DNA from: Ostrea edulis
Taxonomy: Eukaryota
Reading direction: 5' to 3'
Length of the DNA: 64,000 nucleotides
Assembly: GCF_947568905.1 (NCBI RefSeq)
Contig: NC_079169.1
Span: 66,712,001-66,776,000 of the forward strand
Positions within the stretch are counted from its first letter, which is position 1; each line of letters opens with the position of its first letter. The notes beneath the pieces were generated by a model that saw only the letters and a list, made by a program, of their open reading frames with translations, ran no database searches and was not told the origin of the DNA. Shown one piece after another: positions 23,901-36,800 of the stretch. The position numbers and the translations under genes were made by a program.

Positions 23901-26900
23901 CACTTAGTCTACCTTGTCTGTATTATCTAGACACCACTTAGCCTACCTTGTCTGTATTATCTAGACACCACTTAGCCTACCTTGTCTGTATTATCTAGAC
24001 ACCACTTAGCCTACCTTGTCTGTATTATCTAGACACCACTTAGTCTACCTTGTCTGTATTATCTAGACACCACTTAGTCTACCTTGTCTGTATTATCTAG
24101 ACACCACTTAGTCTACCTTATCTGTATTATCTAGACACCACTTAGTCTACCTTGTCTGTATTATCTAGACACCACTTAGCCTACCTTGTCTGTATTATCT
24201 AGACACCACTTATCCAACAGTACCTGCCTGTGATATATAGACCTAGCTTACCTGGCCTGCATGTCCCTAGCTTTGGTCAGCGCTGTCATGGCATCCTCCA
24301 TTCTGTCCACTTTCTGGTAAACTTTGGCCAGTAGGACCATCAGCTTGGTCTGCTCCATCATGGTATCCAGATCAGAGGCTGAGAGGAATCGTTTTATACA
24401 TGCTTCAATTCTTACTGATCAACTTTACATGAAACAATTCCAACCTTTAATCAAACTTTGTTCATAGATATATCTTTTGTAGAAATTGTATTCAGTGGGT
24501 ACAATCACATATCTGGTAAACTATATTAAGTGGAAATCAATAGTTTTTCTCCTTTGAATTCAATTCATAATAGTGTGAGTATAGAGTTACCTTAATCAAT
24601 TTTTTAAAATCTGAATTTGATCCAGAATATCAGTACATATAATTAGTTACTTAGTACTATGTATACTCCTAAAAACATCCTCCCTATTAGTCTGGTCCAC
24701 AGCAAAACAGAAGACTCACCTGCATCTGTATCTAGGGACTGTTTCAAGACCTTTTCTGCCTTGTCATATTGTCGTAGCTTTAACAGCAACTCCGCAAGAT
24801 CATGCCTGTAAATTTCAATAACGTACATCACGTTAAAATCATTACATTATTGACCACATTTTTCTGACAATTTCTCTATAAAAAAAACTCTCTACAGTAA
24901 TAATTTGAGTATTGCTCCATGTTTAAATTTTGAATTTTCTGCTTTCATATAAAATGACTTTAAAACATAGTTGTTTTTTCCTGAGAAGTGTTTGACAGAG
25001 AGAGAAATAGCACAGAAACTGTGTGTCTATTAAGAATGGATTCTTCTTACCGTGCTAGTATTCAGAAGCCTGAGTAATTCACACAGTATCGAGAAAATAA
25101 TATGTGTGTTATGATGATATTAAACAGCACATGGTGCAACATACCCTTGTTTTGAAAATGTTTTCTTTCTCTCAAATTGATTTACTTCAGTCAAAATCTA
25201 CTACTTTCGTATCTTCAATAAAGACAATAAAGTGCTAATTTACTATGCCAGTGTAACTAAAATTTTGTGTTAAATAGAGAGCAAGAGATTATTGTAGCTC
25301 CATGATGGTGATACCTGTTTAGAAAATAAATTATAAATTGTGATATATATAATCTGAAATCTGACAAGAATCCATTCTTAAATATTTGAAACCTCAAAAC
25401 TTATTTTACAACTTGCAGAAAGTGGAAGGGTTAGTGAAAATACACAAAATGAAATGATGAAAAATTGTAAATCACAAAAATTTGAATCTGTCAATTTTTA
25501 TTTTTTCTAATAAAATACAAACATCAACTTTGTACCTCAATTGAAACTGACAAAGCTATCTTAAGTTTAGCAACACTATAGCAATTTTATCATGAATTAG
25601 ACAAGAGCATTTAGTTCATAATTTGTACAGTAAAAACAATCAGTTAAAATTTAATTCTACTTGTGAATATTTGAATTATTACACAACCTTTGTAGATGAA
25701 GATAAGGTATTTTATGAGTTTGAAATGTGACTAAGGGATGAATCCAGTCCACCCATTGAACACACAATATTGACTAAGCTGTCGTAACTCAGTGTATACA
25801 TGTGCCCTTTATTTCTAAGTTTTACCTTACAAAGCTTTCAAAATGGAAAGAAATTCAGAGAACATACACCATTAATGTCATCGTAAGTTTCTATACAAAC
25901 GAATTTCTTGTGACAGACATAAAATTAATTATAAACACTACACTGATGTGATCATAAGCACACAGAAATTATGACACAGACATAACAGAATTAGTTCTTA
26001 AGCAGATATCTATATTCATGTCAGAAAAGCATGGGAATCCTCACAGTACAGATTATATCAGGCACACTCGTGGTACCAAATAAAGTAATTTCAAGTATAA
26101 AGAATATTATAATACTATCTAACATTTTTTTCAAAAGTGCACTTCAAGAATCATTTATGCCCAGACTTTAAATTTATTTGTATAAATTGTTTTCAATCAA
26201 ACATTTTATCACAATCATCTCTATAATCCTAGGGAAAACCCACATTACAAAATAAACTAGCAGTAAGATACATGCATTAAGATTTCAACTATTACATGTA
26301 CATGTATATTACATTCTTTAAAGGTTGTAAAATTGTCCAATATGAGATAAAAATTGACAAATTTGTCTAACCAATAAGGACATACCTCAGGAAACCTTGA
26401 GTCGTACCATTTCGCAGAGCTGCCTCATAGTAGTTTATCGCCTTTAAATAAACAAACACGTACATCAAAATAGCGTCAAAATAAACAAACACTGTATATC
26501 AAAATAGTGTCAAAATAAACAAACACTGTATATCAAAATAGTGTCAAAATAAACAAACACTATATCAAAATAGTGTCAAAATAAACAAACACTGTATATC
26601 AAAATAGTGTCAAAATAAACAAACACTGTACATGAAAATAGTGTCAAAATAAACAAACACTGTATATCAAAATAGTGTCAAAATAAACAAACACTGTATA
26701 TCAAAATAGTGTCAAAATAAACAAACACTGTATATCAAAATAGTGTCAAAATAAACAAACACTGTATATCAAAATAGTGTCAAAATTTACACCTCTGATG
26801 ATGCATTTCACATCAGAAAAAGTGCACCGCCACGGCACATGATACGCCCGTCACATATTGTTAACAGTATAGATTGTACCCATTAAAACATTTTTTTTTT

Positions 26901-27822
26901 ATATCACCTTAATTAAATGTCACAGTGACCTTAAAGTAGGATGCGACACACCTTCTACCTAAGATGCATTAGTTGACCAATTTTGGTGATTCTAGGTCTA
27001 ATAGTTTTCAAGTTATGAGCCGGACAAGTTTTTGCCATATATGGCCATATCTTCTTAATGAAAAGTCACAGTGACCTGGTTTTAATGTGCGACACACCTT
27101 CTACCCAAGATGTATCTACAGACAAAGTTTGATGATTCTAGGCCTTGTAGTATTTAAGTTACGGGTCGGACACGAAAAAGCTAACAGACGGACGGACATG
27201 AACGCCATACCATAATACGTCCCGTCTTAAGACGGGCGTATAAAAACTAGATATAGGCCTAGTTGTGATGGCAAGAGATCCCAAAAGGGCCCCGTTTTAA
27301 GGCATTATATGCTAAGTTCAAGGGCCATAACTCTTTCAATAATAAGTCTAAAAAGCCAATGAAATAAGATCATGTATAAATTTTCAATTCAATAGCTAAA
27401 GATATTGCCAAATATTTACACTTTCAATGTTTTTGCTTTTGATATCTCTACAAATTGTAATGATAGTCATTTCATCATTAACGCACTGCAGTTACAAACA
27501 CTGTATGTATTTTAAATACAGATAAATACAGTACTTCTATTCTACCAGTGGGGAATTCTGACAGTAATGACAGCAGAATGTAGATATAAGAAATAAACTT
27601 TATTTTTGAAATCTACTTGAGGGTATGAACTGAAACAGTTCACACTGGCACACTTTTCGTGAAGCGCTAACAAACTTCATGAAGTATGCTGGTATAAAGC
27701 ACTGCAGTTTATACTCTCATGTATTTACAAAATAATGAAATTTATTACTTAAAGAAAGTCCATAAAAGTGTCAATGGTAGATGCATGCACACAGGTTGAT
27801 CACTATGGGATTCCCACCTACT

Positions 27823-27863
<41 letters not shown>

Positions 27864-30800
27864 CTAATAAACCAAGCCTTAAGTATACACTTGTGTACCC
27901 AGACAATGACACATAAAATGAAGATAAACATTGTACAGGGAACATATAGAAATTCTGAGCTGACGATGAGTTACCTTTCCATAGTTGTGAGTCTTGACCA
28001 GAGCTTGACCTATCTTGCTGGCCAGTTGAGTCTCTTTTGGGTTGCTCTTCATTGCTTTCTCATAAACTTCAATGGCTTTGTCAGGCTGAAATCACATCAA
28101 ATTCATTTACTAAAGAGTTGCAATGCACTGAGAAAGGACATGAATTAACAAATCTAAGAGTAATCAGACTGATTGGTGTATCAACATGTAATGAAAATAC
28201 AGTACAACTTGCATATCTGTGGTTGTATTAGCCAGTTTTATTGTACAGTAAAACATGCTTAACATGATGTCCTAAGGATTCGTTATCAACGTAATTTGTT
28301 ATATCCAATAAGTTCATAATAAGTTTAAAAACTACTGGGAATGAAAATCACATTACTATTTATAAGCGTGTTTGCTATAACCATGTTTTACTGAACACAT
28401 GACTATTTATAAGCATGCTTGCTATAACCATGTTTTACTGTATATCGAAAAGTTTTGCTAAAATGAAACTACAAAACAAACCTCTTGGATGCTCATGTAG
28501 GCATCACCCAGTAACAACGCAGTTTCAATGTTCGGCTGCTTGTCATAGAGTTCCCTGAAATACAAAATAAAATCATTGTTTCTTGTTCTGACAAACTTGA
28601 GAGTCGTAGTGTTATTTAATGGGTGCATAAAACCAAGTTTTACGCACTATCTAAAAATTTATTACCTGTAGCAACCGGTATAGAGCCTCTTGTCCTTCTT
28701 CTGATGGAGGTAGATGTCGGCCAGTTTTTCTCTGGATTTGACGTAGTAAGTTTGGTCTGGGGTGATATTTCTGAGCATAGTGATGGCCATTTCTACATCT
28801 CCCCGCGCAATGGACAGATCAGCATTAGCTATGGATATTCTTACTTCTTCTGCAGTTCCACTGAAATCATTAATGGCGTCCTGCATCACTTTAGCTGCCT
28901 CATGCTGCAAGTAGAAAGATGAGAATTTTGTCCTGTAAAAAGGATTCTTCATCAAGATTTATATTAAAAGATATGTACTCAAGTTTCACTGACTTTTTGG
29001 ATTGGAAATATTTCATAACTGTTTTCATATCTAAAACTTCAATTTTAGGCATAGTATGCCACTCACTTCTAGCATAGTATGTCAGTCACTTAAAGAAAAG
29101 ACCATGCACATGAATTGGTATTTCCTCTTCATGTTGTGAATGAAGAGGGTAAACCATGTACTACTCACGTCTCCCCGAGTACAGTGTGGGCCTCGGTCAG
29201 CTCTAGGAACACACACACCCTGTCCTACTACTCACGTTTCCCTGAGCGCAGTGTGGACCTCGGTCAGCTCTAGGAACACAGACACTGTGGTACTACTCAC
29301 GTCTCCCCGAGCGCAGTGTGGGCCTCGGCCAGCTCTAGGAACATAGACACCCTGTCCTAATATTCACCGTCTCCCCGAGCGCAGTGTGGGCCTCGGCCAG
29401 CTCTAGGAACATAGACACCCTGTCCTAATACTCACCGTCTCCCCGAGCGCAGTGTGGACCTCGGCCAGCTCTAGGAACATAGACACCCTGTCCTAATACT
29501 CACCGTCTCCCCGAGTGCAGTGTGGGCCTCGGCCAGCTCTAGGAACACAGACACCCTGTCGTTTGTACCGATGTCTGGCATCTTTCCTTTCTTTGACATT
29601 GGTCCTTTTCCTTCAGTATCAAATAAAGATTGAAATAAATCTATAAAACTTTCACATTGCATTTTACTAACAAAGTCAGATTATTTGAAGTAAATTTCAA
29701 TAGTAGAAAATTTTGAACACATACTATTTTATCAATGCATAGAAATGATATTTTGTTCTGTTTTAAAATCACTCCATGCCATTTTGCCTATTTAGAGCTA
29801 CATGTACATATCTATTATCACCTAATATTCACCCAAAGAGGATGAAGACAACAAGATGAAAATCAGTTAGAGGCAGATAAACCTAGAATAAAATATTACA
29901 CAAATTTGTTCATGCATTGTACTTTCACAGGCACAGATTTTAGTTTTCATTTTTATACAGAACTCGAAAATCTCTCTGAATTACTCGTCTAAAAATTCAG
30001 TGTCAAGTCAGGACAGTAGCCTTTGAACTTACCAGCTGCTTTGACCCCTGGGAGTGCCATTGCCATCTGTAGAGTTTTAACAGCTTCTGCAGAGTCTCCA
30101 GATTTTTTCAGAATCCGAGCCTTGATCAGATGATACAAAGGGTGGTCCCTCACCTGTCAATCATATAACTGGCATTAATCTAACATCCTGACTTGTTTGA
30201 CTCCACCTTCATTGAACTAATGTACAGTTCATAATATCTTCTGGAAATTGATCTGTCACAAAAACAATTCCACAGAACTGTTCAAATTGTGCAGAGTAAT
30301 GAAAATTTAAATGTACCTCAAAGTTGTAGCTGAGTCCGACCTCCAAAGATTGGTTGGCCAGTTTAAAGTTGTTCTGATAAAGATGAATCTGAGCCATCAG
30401 GATGTGGGCGTCAGAGTATGTGTTCTCCATCTCCAGACAGTGATTCAGGGTCCCCTGCGCAGAGTCAATGTCGCCTACACAATACAAACATCAACATAAT
30501 TACATATATATCAGAGTATGTGTTCTCCATTTCACGGCCCCTGCACAGAGTCAATGTCGCCTACACAAGTATTACAAATACCAACATATTTACAGGTACA
30601 CAGGAATTTCCATAATATTATTAATCATCTGTTGTTAGGAAACATTAAACAGTGTTTATTCATTTCATTCCTAGAATATAAATAGGACTTGGAATATCTT
30701 AAGAAATAGCTGCCCCCCCCCCCCCCCCCCCCCCATAATTGCTCTGAGGCAATAAAAAATGAAATTTCTTTTAAGTAAAACCAGATATTACATTTTACAT

Positions 30801-33800
30801 TATATCACAAGACAACAGTATAACAGCCAAAAAAGTCTGTAGTTTCCTTTATTGATGCTGAAATCTGTACCTTGTAGGAATCTGACTTTGGCCATCAGAT
30901 ACAGGGCCTCCAGCAGCCCTGGCACAGTCCGGGTCAAGGCCTCCAGTACCTGACAGCAACGTTTCAGGAGTGGATCCGGGGGTTGTCCCTGCTTTATAGG
31001 CTGTCAAAAGCAATATTGTAGATGTATTTATTTTTGTTGGGGAATTTTTCTCTCGTTTTTTTCATTATTTTTTTTTTTTGGGTAGTGAACACAATTTTGT
31101 GTGAATTAATTTTCGTTGTTTGTGATCACATAAAGATTGCATGTTATACATACGAAGTATGAACAATGTTGTTTATCCACAGCTCTTTAACAGTTAAATA
31201 ACGGTATGATACCCACGCCATTTCTTGACCATTTGTTCAATGAAGCGTGCCGTCGTCAACATCTATTTACAAACAAATCCTTACTAAGTGATCTGTGTAA
31301 GCTTGGGTCATTAGATTGTTGTCATTAGATTGTTGAAACTGTTCATATTGTATTCCATTCATCAATAAAATTTGTAAAGAAATCCAACATACGGGTGAAT
31401 ACAAGGCTCGTGCCCTCGCTCTGTTCGAGGTTCATAGGGCACATCAGGACAAGAATGGGTCTACCAATGTCTTAAAAATGGCATTAAATGTGACACACAG
31501 TTGGGTTTCATCTAAGCGGCATATAATAGATACACTGTCTGCATGAGCGGTTAGCTGAAATCCGAAGATCTACCTGCACTTTGTGGTGTTAATATTTATA
31601 TAGTTATAACTTTTTTATTAGCACCAGTGTGTTTCTGTAATGAGTTAAAAACGCAGGTACATGTACATCTACTCGTAAGGAATATGTACAATGCTGATGA
31701 TCATGTTAATGGCGAAATATATCATCTCTAAATAGACGACAAATAACAGAGACCGATATTTCTGACATTAAAATAAACACTTCCTGAAATAAAGAATTCA
31801 TGTTGGATTTAATTTCGTTGTTTTTTCCAAGACATGAAAATAACGAAATTTAATCCAACACGAAATTAAACACATCTGCAGTATCACCATTAGCAAAAGA
31901 TCCAATGTAGAAAAGGAGTACTAGCATTTTTCATCTTATGATGTATCTTCGAATACGTACTTGTGTAGGAGCAAATACCAAGAAATCCTTTATCATCTGC
32001 AGGAGAAAGTCCGGATTGAGGAGGAGGAAATATTGAGGTCCAAGAGGATTTCCCTATAAAAGTAGAAAAATATGTACACTACCATCAAGATTAAAGACAA
32101 GATTATTCTGTACTGAGTTTCCTTCTGATTATGTGAATTTACCTTCAAGGAGGAGAAGTGAATCTCTACAGCTTCATTCAGGAGTTTGTAAGCTTTCTCT
32201 GGACCTTCACCTCGCTTTATACACAATGCTGCACTTAAGTAGGCCAGTTCCTGTAAAGGGATATGAATATCTTTCTCTTACGGAAAAAAATGTACAGCTT
32301 TCAGAAGACTCAATCAAAGATAAAATGTAAAGCTTCCAGAAGACTCAATTAAAGATAAAATGTAAAGCTTCCAGAAGACTCAATCAAAGATAACTCCCTT
32401 TTCGAGCACACTTACAGATGTTCTTCCTATACTTTGTTGTACTTCTTGTAGGAAATCTAACTGCTGTGCAGCGTCATCCAACTGGTTTTCAATCAACTGA
32501 CAGCGAATGATACCTGTTCGGAACAGATATCAATAAATTAATCAACTGGCAGCAAATGATACCGGTTCGTAACATATATCAATAAATTAATCACCTATAA
32601 AACAGTTCATTCTCAAAAGGATCACACACATTTACACAGAATTTGCACAAATGTGTCAACTGCATTTCTAAACTATCAAAGTTTTAAAAAATAATTCTAG
32701 TGGGAGGGTTGGGGGCTAGACCCTGTGGCCTATCAGACTAATAAATTTATGACAGGACTATAAATGGATCTTTTCACTATTCCCCAAGTCTGGCATGTGT
32801 TGAATCCTGCCCACTGTATAAAAACGGACATACAAATTTAGGAGAGCATTCTCAAATTGCACTAACTTATATCTATGCCAAGAGGTAGGGTAGTCATTGT
32901 TGACAGATTCAATATCAACATATCACACATTATCACCAAGTCTGGGTGTTTTAAGTTTTACATTACATAGTCCATATTATGAGTTGAAATATCTTCTTTT
33001 TTTTTCTTTTTAGATACTACTGTTAATACATATCTTTTATTTCAAGAAGAAAAATTAACTTACACAGTATAGTAATGGGTGGCAACAAGTTCTGAATTTT
33101 CTCTGTCAAAATGCTTTGATATATCATATGTATGTTTAAATCTGTACACCGCCATACAATGCCATCTTTTCAATGTAGATTATGTCTACATGCAACATTG
33201 ATGTGATAAGATGCATGTCTTAGCAATAAAGAGATTATAATTAATTAAAGCGATCTATCAACAAGTCTGTCTCAATATTGAGAAACTTGAACACTCGTTT
33301 TTCACCTGTCTCCAGAACATCATACTAACCCATGAGTGACCGAACACTGAACAACACACTAACCCGTGAGTAACCAGACACTGGTGTCATTGAAAACACA
33401 CAACCCGTGAGTGACCAGACACTGGTATCATTGAACAACACACTAACCCATGAGTGACCAGACACTGGTGTCATTGAACAACATACTAACCCATGAGTGA
33501 CCAGACACTGGTATCATTGAACAACATACTAACCCGTGAGTGACTGGACACTGGTGTCATTGAACAACACACTAACCCATGAGTGACCAGACACTGGTGT
33601 CATTGAACAACATACTAACCCGTGAGTGACTGGACATTGGTGTCATTGAACAACATACTAACCCGTGAGTGACCAGACACTGGTGTCATTGAACAACACA
33701 CTAACCCGTGAGTGACCAGACACTGGTGTCATTGAACAACACACTAACCCAGGAGTAACCAGACACTGGTGTCATTGAACAACATACTAACCCGTGAGTG

Positions 33801-36800
33801 ACCAGACACTGGTGTCATTGAACAACATACTAACCCATGAGTGACCAGACACTGGTATCATTGAACAACATACTAACCCGTGAGTGACTGGACACTGGTG
33901 TCATTGAACAACACACTAACCCATGAGTGACCAGACACTGGTGTCATTGAACAACATACTAACCCGTGAGTGACTGGACATTGGTGTCATTGAACAACAT
34001 ACTAACCCGTGAGTGACCAGACACTGGTGTCATTGAACAACACACTAACCCGTGAGTGACCAGACACTGGTGTCATTGAACAACACACTAACCCAGGAGT
34101 AACCAGACACTGGTGTCATTGAACAACACACTAACCCAGGAGTAACCAGACACTGGTGTCATTGAACAACATACTAACCCGTGAGTGACCAGACACTGGT
34201 GTCATTGAACAACATACTAACCCATGAGTGACCAGACACTGGTGTCATTGAACAACACACTAACCCGTGAGTGACTGGACACTGGTATCATTGAACAACA
34301 CACTAACCCGTGAGTGACTGGACACTGGTGTCATTGATTTTCATGGCGTTTCTGTAACACTTCATGGCATCTTTGACCTTGCCCTGAAGCAGGAGTTGGA
34401 AACCCAGCTCATTAATATATTCGGTGTTCTCAGAGTCCTGCTGCACTGAGCGCTCCACCAGGGTATACGTCTGTTGTAGAACCAGAGCATTCCTCCCACA
34501 CTGTAAATATAAACAGTAAATATAGACACAAAGTGGCAACAACAATTCTATGTCCGTCCCTTTTTTGCATACACGCTTCTACAGAGAGGCCTTTAAATTT
34601 GGCTATTGGTCAGGACAAAATAGATGTACTGAAGTTCGGAGAAAACCATCACAATAACTCACCATTCTACAAAAGATTTGTGCCATGTGGTAGTAAAGAA
34701 AGGAACTTCTAGGTTCAAATCTGTCCAAGGCTGATATAAGATCCCCTATCTTGTTGGAGGCCTGAAATGATAATCATAGTTTTAGAAGTACTAGTGAGAT
34801 CACAGGTTACATATAAACAGCTCACCCTGAGATGACTGTCATCTGATGGTGAGATAACGTGGTGATGGGATTTTTCAGTCCCTGTCCTATACTCACTTCT
34901 GAGTAGTTACCGTCCCTGGACAGGAGATAGATGACCTGATACTTCAGAGCTTCTGTACAGTGTAGATCAGAATCCAAAGCTCTGAAGAAAATCAAACAAA
35001 CGAAATCAAAGCTTATAATCACATATATAATCTGAAGTTATTTTCAAATACTCACTGCAGTTATAAAGATTAATGAGTTTTAGCTAACACTAATAATGAA
35101 AATACAGCACCAAATTAATTTTGTATGATTTCTGTCATCCTCAGGAATTTTGTATGTAGGACACCTCCCCCTCCCCCTTTTCGACCTACACAAAAAGGCC
35201 ATAGCAACAGCCTGGGGACTTTAAGTATCTATTGTAAAAGATGTTATACTTTTCTCCCACGATATTGCCAAAACTTCAAAATACAGGCAATTCTAAGCCC
35301 CCCCCCCCCCCCCCCTTCCCTGAAATATTGTAATTGTAATCACCACTTAAATTACAAATACCTATTCAAATCATGAAAAAACAGATGTCAAATAATGTTC
35401 ACCTACCTCTGTGCTGTTTCAATGGCCTGGTCCCAGTCCTGGAGATTCAGTTGTAGTTTCATTTTCTCAATAAGAGCTGGCATAAACCCAGAGTAGGTCA
35501 CAATCAGCTGATTGATCAATTCTAGAGCACCAGTAAAATTGTGTCGCATCTCCAGGTATTTTGCTTTTCCCAGCAAGGCATTTATATCACGGGAACCTTC
35601 CATTCTGTCATAAAGTATCAGCGTTTACAATAGAAGGTTAATGAAAGGTTATAGCAAGAGTAAACAGTCTATATGTAAGCAGGGGCACTACAAAATACCC
35701 CCTGTTCGACAAACAATTTGCTGACAGCTGCCATTTTTCCAATATGGAACAGCTAATGATTCATTTCTTTGTTTATCCATGGAAGACTGGTATATTTGTA
35801 TCATACTAATGTAAAATCTATGTAGTTATTAATACAGGCCCACCATTACATGGTAACAATGTCCGTGTACATGCAAAATGTTATGTATTTACATACAAAA
35901 TGTGTGTTTTGGGACGGCAGCTATATTCTTGGACATATTTTTACCAATATTTATATGAATTTAAAAAAATATCAACAAGTGACCCCCTCTCTGATACAGA
36001 CATGCTACTGGAGAAGATGGTATAAAATACATTAATAGTATGTCAGTGAATAAACGCACTGAGGGAGAGGGTAAAAATTACATGTGCTCACCCAATGGCG
36101 TCATCAAAGAATTTAATGGCTTTCTTTGTCTCTCTGCCACTCAGCAATTCAATCCATCCTTTTGCAACAAGTCCCTGAACAAGAACACTTCTAAGTTTAA
36201 GGAATTATATCTTTTACAATACAACATGGATATTTACTTTTACTGTGGCATCTAAATGGGATGAAAAATTCCATTTACCATTAGGATGTTTGGTTTTTTT
36301 CTTTGGAAGCAAAGCAATATTGGATGCAAATTGTACAACAAGAGAAGAGATCAAGTATTGAACATTAAAACATGACAAAAACACTAGGTTTTTTTTCTTC
36401 CTGTGCGTAGGTATTTTGCACTATTCCTTAACTGAAAAAAAAAAACAACCCAAAAAAACCCCAAAAAACCAACCAAATCTATAAGAATAAAACCTGTAAG
36501 AATTATTTCAGTTTACTTTCCCTACAAACCACAACATCTACTAAGAAAACCAGTTTTACAATGGCTTACAAAATATCTTATTAGTGATGTGAAGTAATTT
36601 TTCATGTAGTTAATTTACTACACTCCCTCTCCCATTACCTCTTTGGTTATGCCCATTTTAAGCATTCTGTCAATGTATTCTCTGGCTTTGTCTGGTTTGT
36701 TATTCAACAACAGAAACATTGCACCGTAGTATAAACCCTGTAATGAAAAAATTATTTATGAGTACAAGCAGTTTTAGATAAAAAGACCTTTTACAGATAA

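Noticed and set aside
25051-25069. 19-nt possible poison exon in TTC21B intron 21
   Set aside because: Good donor but weak acceptor tract, and not a multiple of 3; indistinguishable from chance.
27745-28148. Poly-Pro and poly-Gly ORFs (also 35125-35376, 44719-45002, 52245-52445)
   Set aside because: Artefacts of long G/C homopolymers or G-rich minisatellites.
33323-34336. CRISPR-like regular repeat (also the 29-bp and 34-bp arrays)
   Set aside because: Head-to-tail units with no unique spacers, no cas genes, and a eukaryotic intron context.
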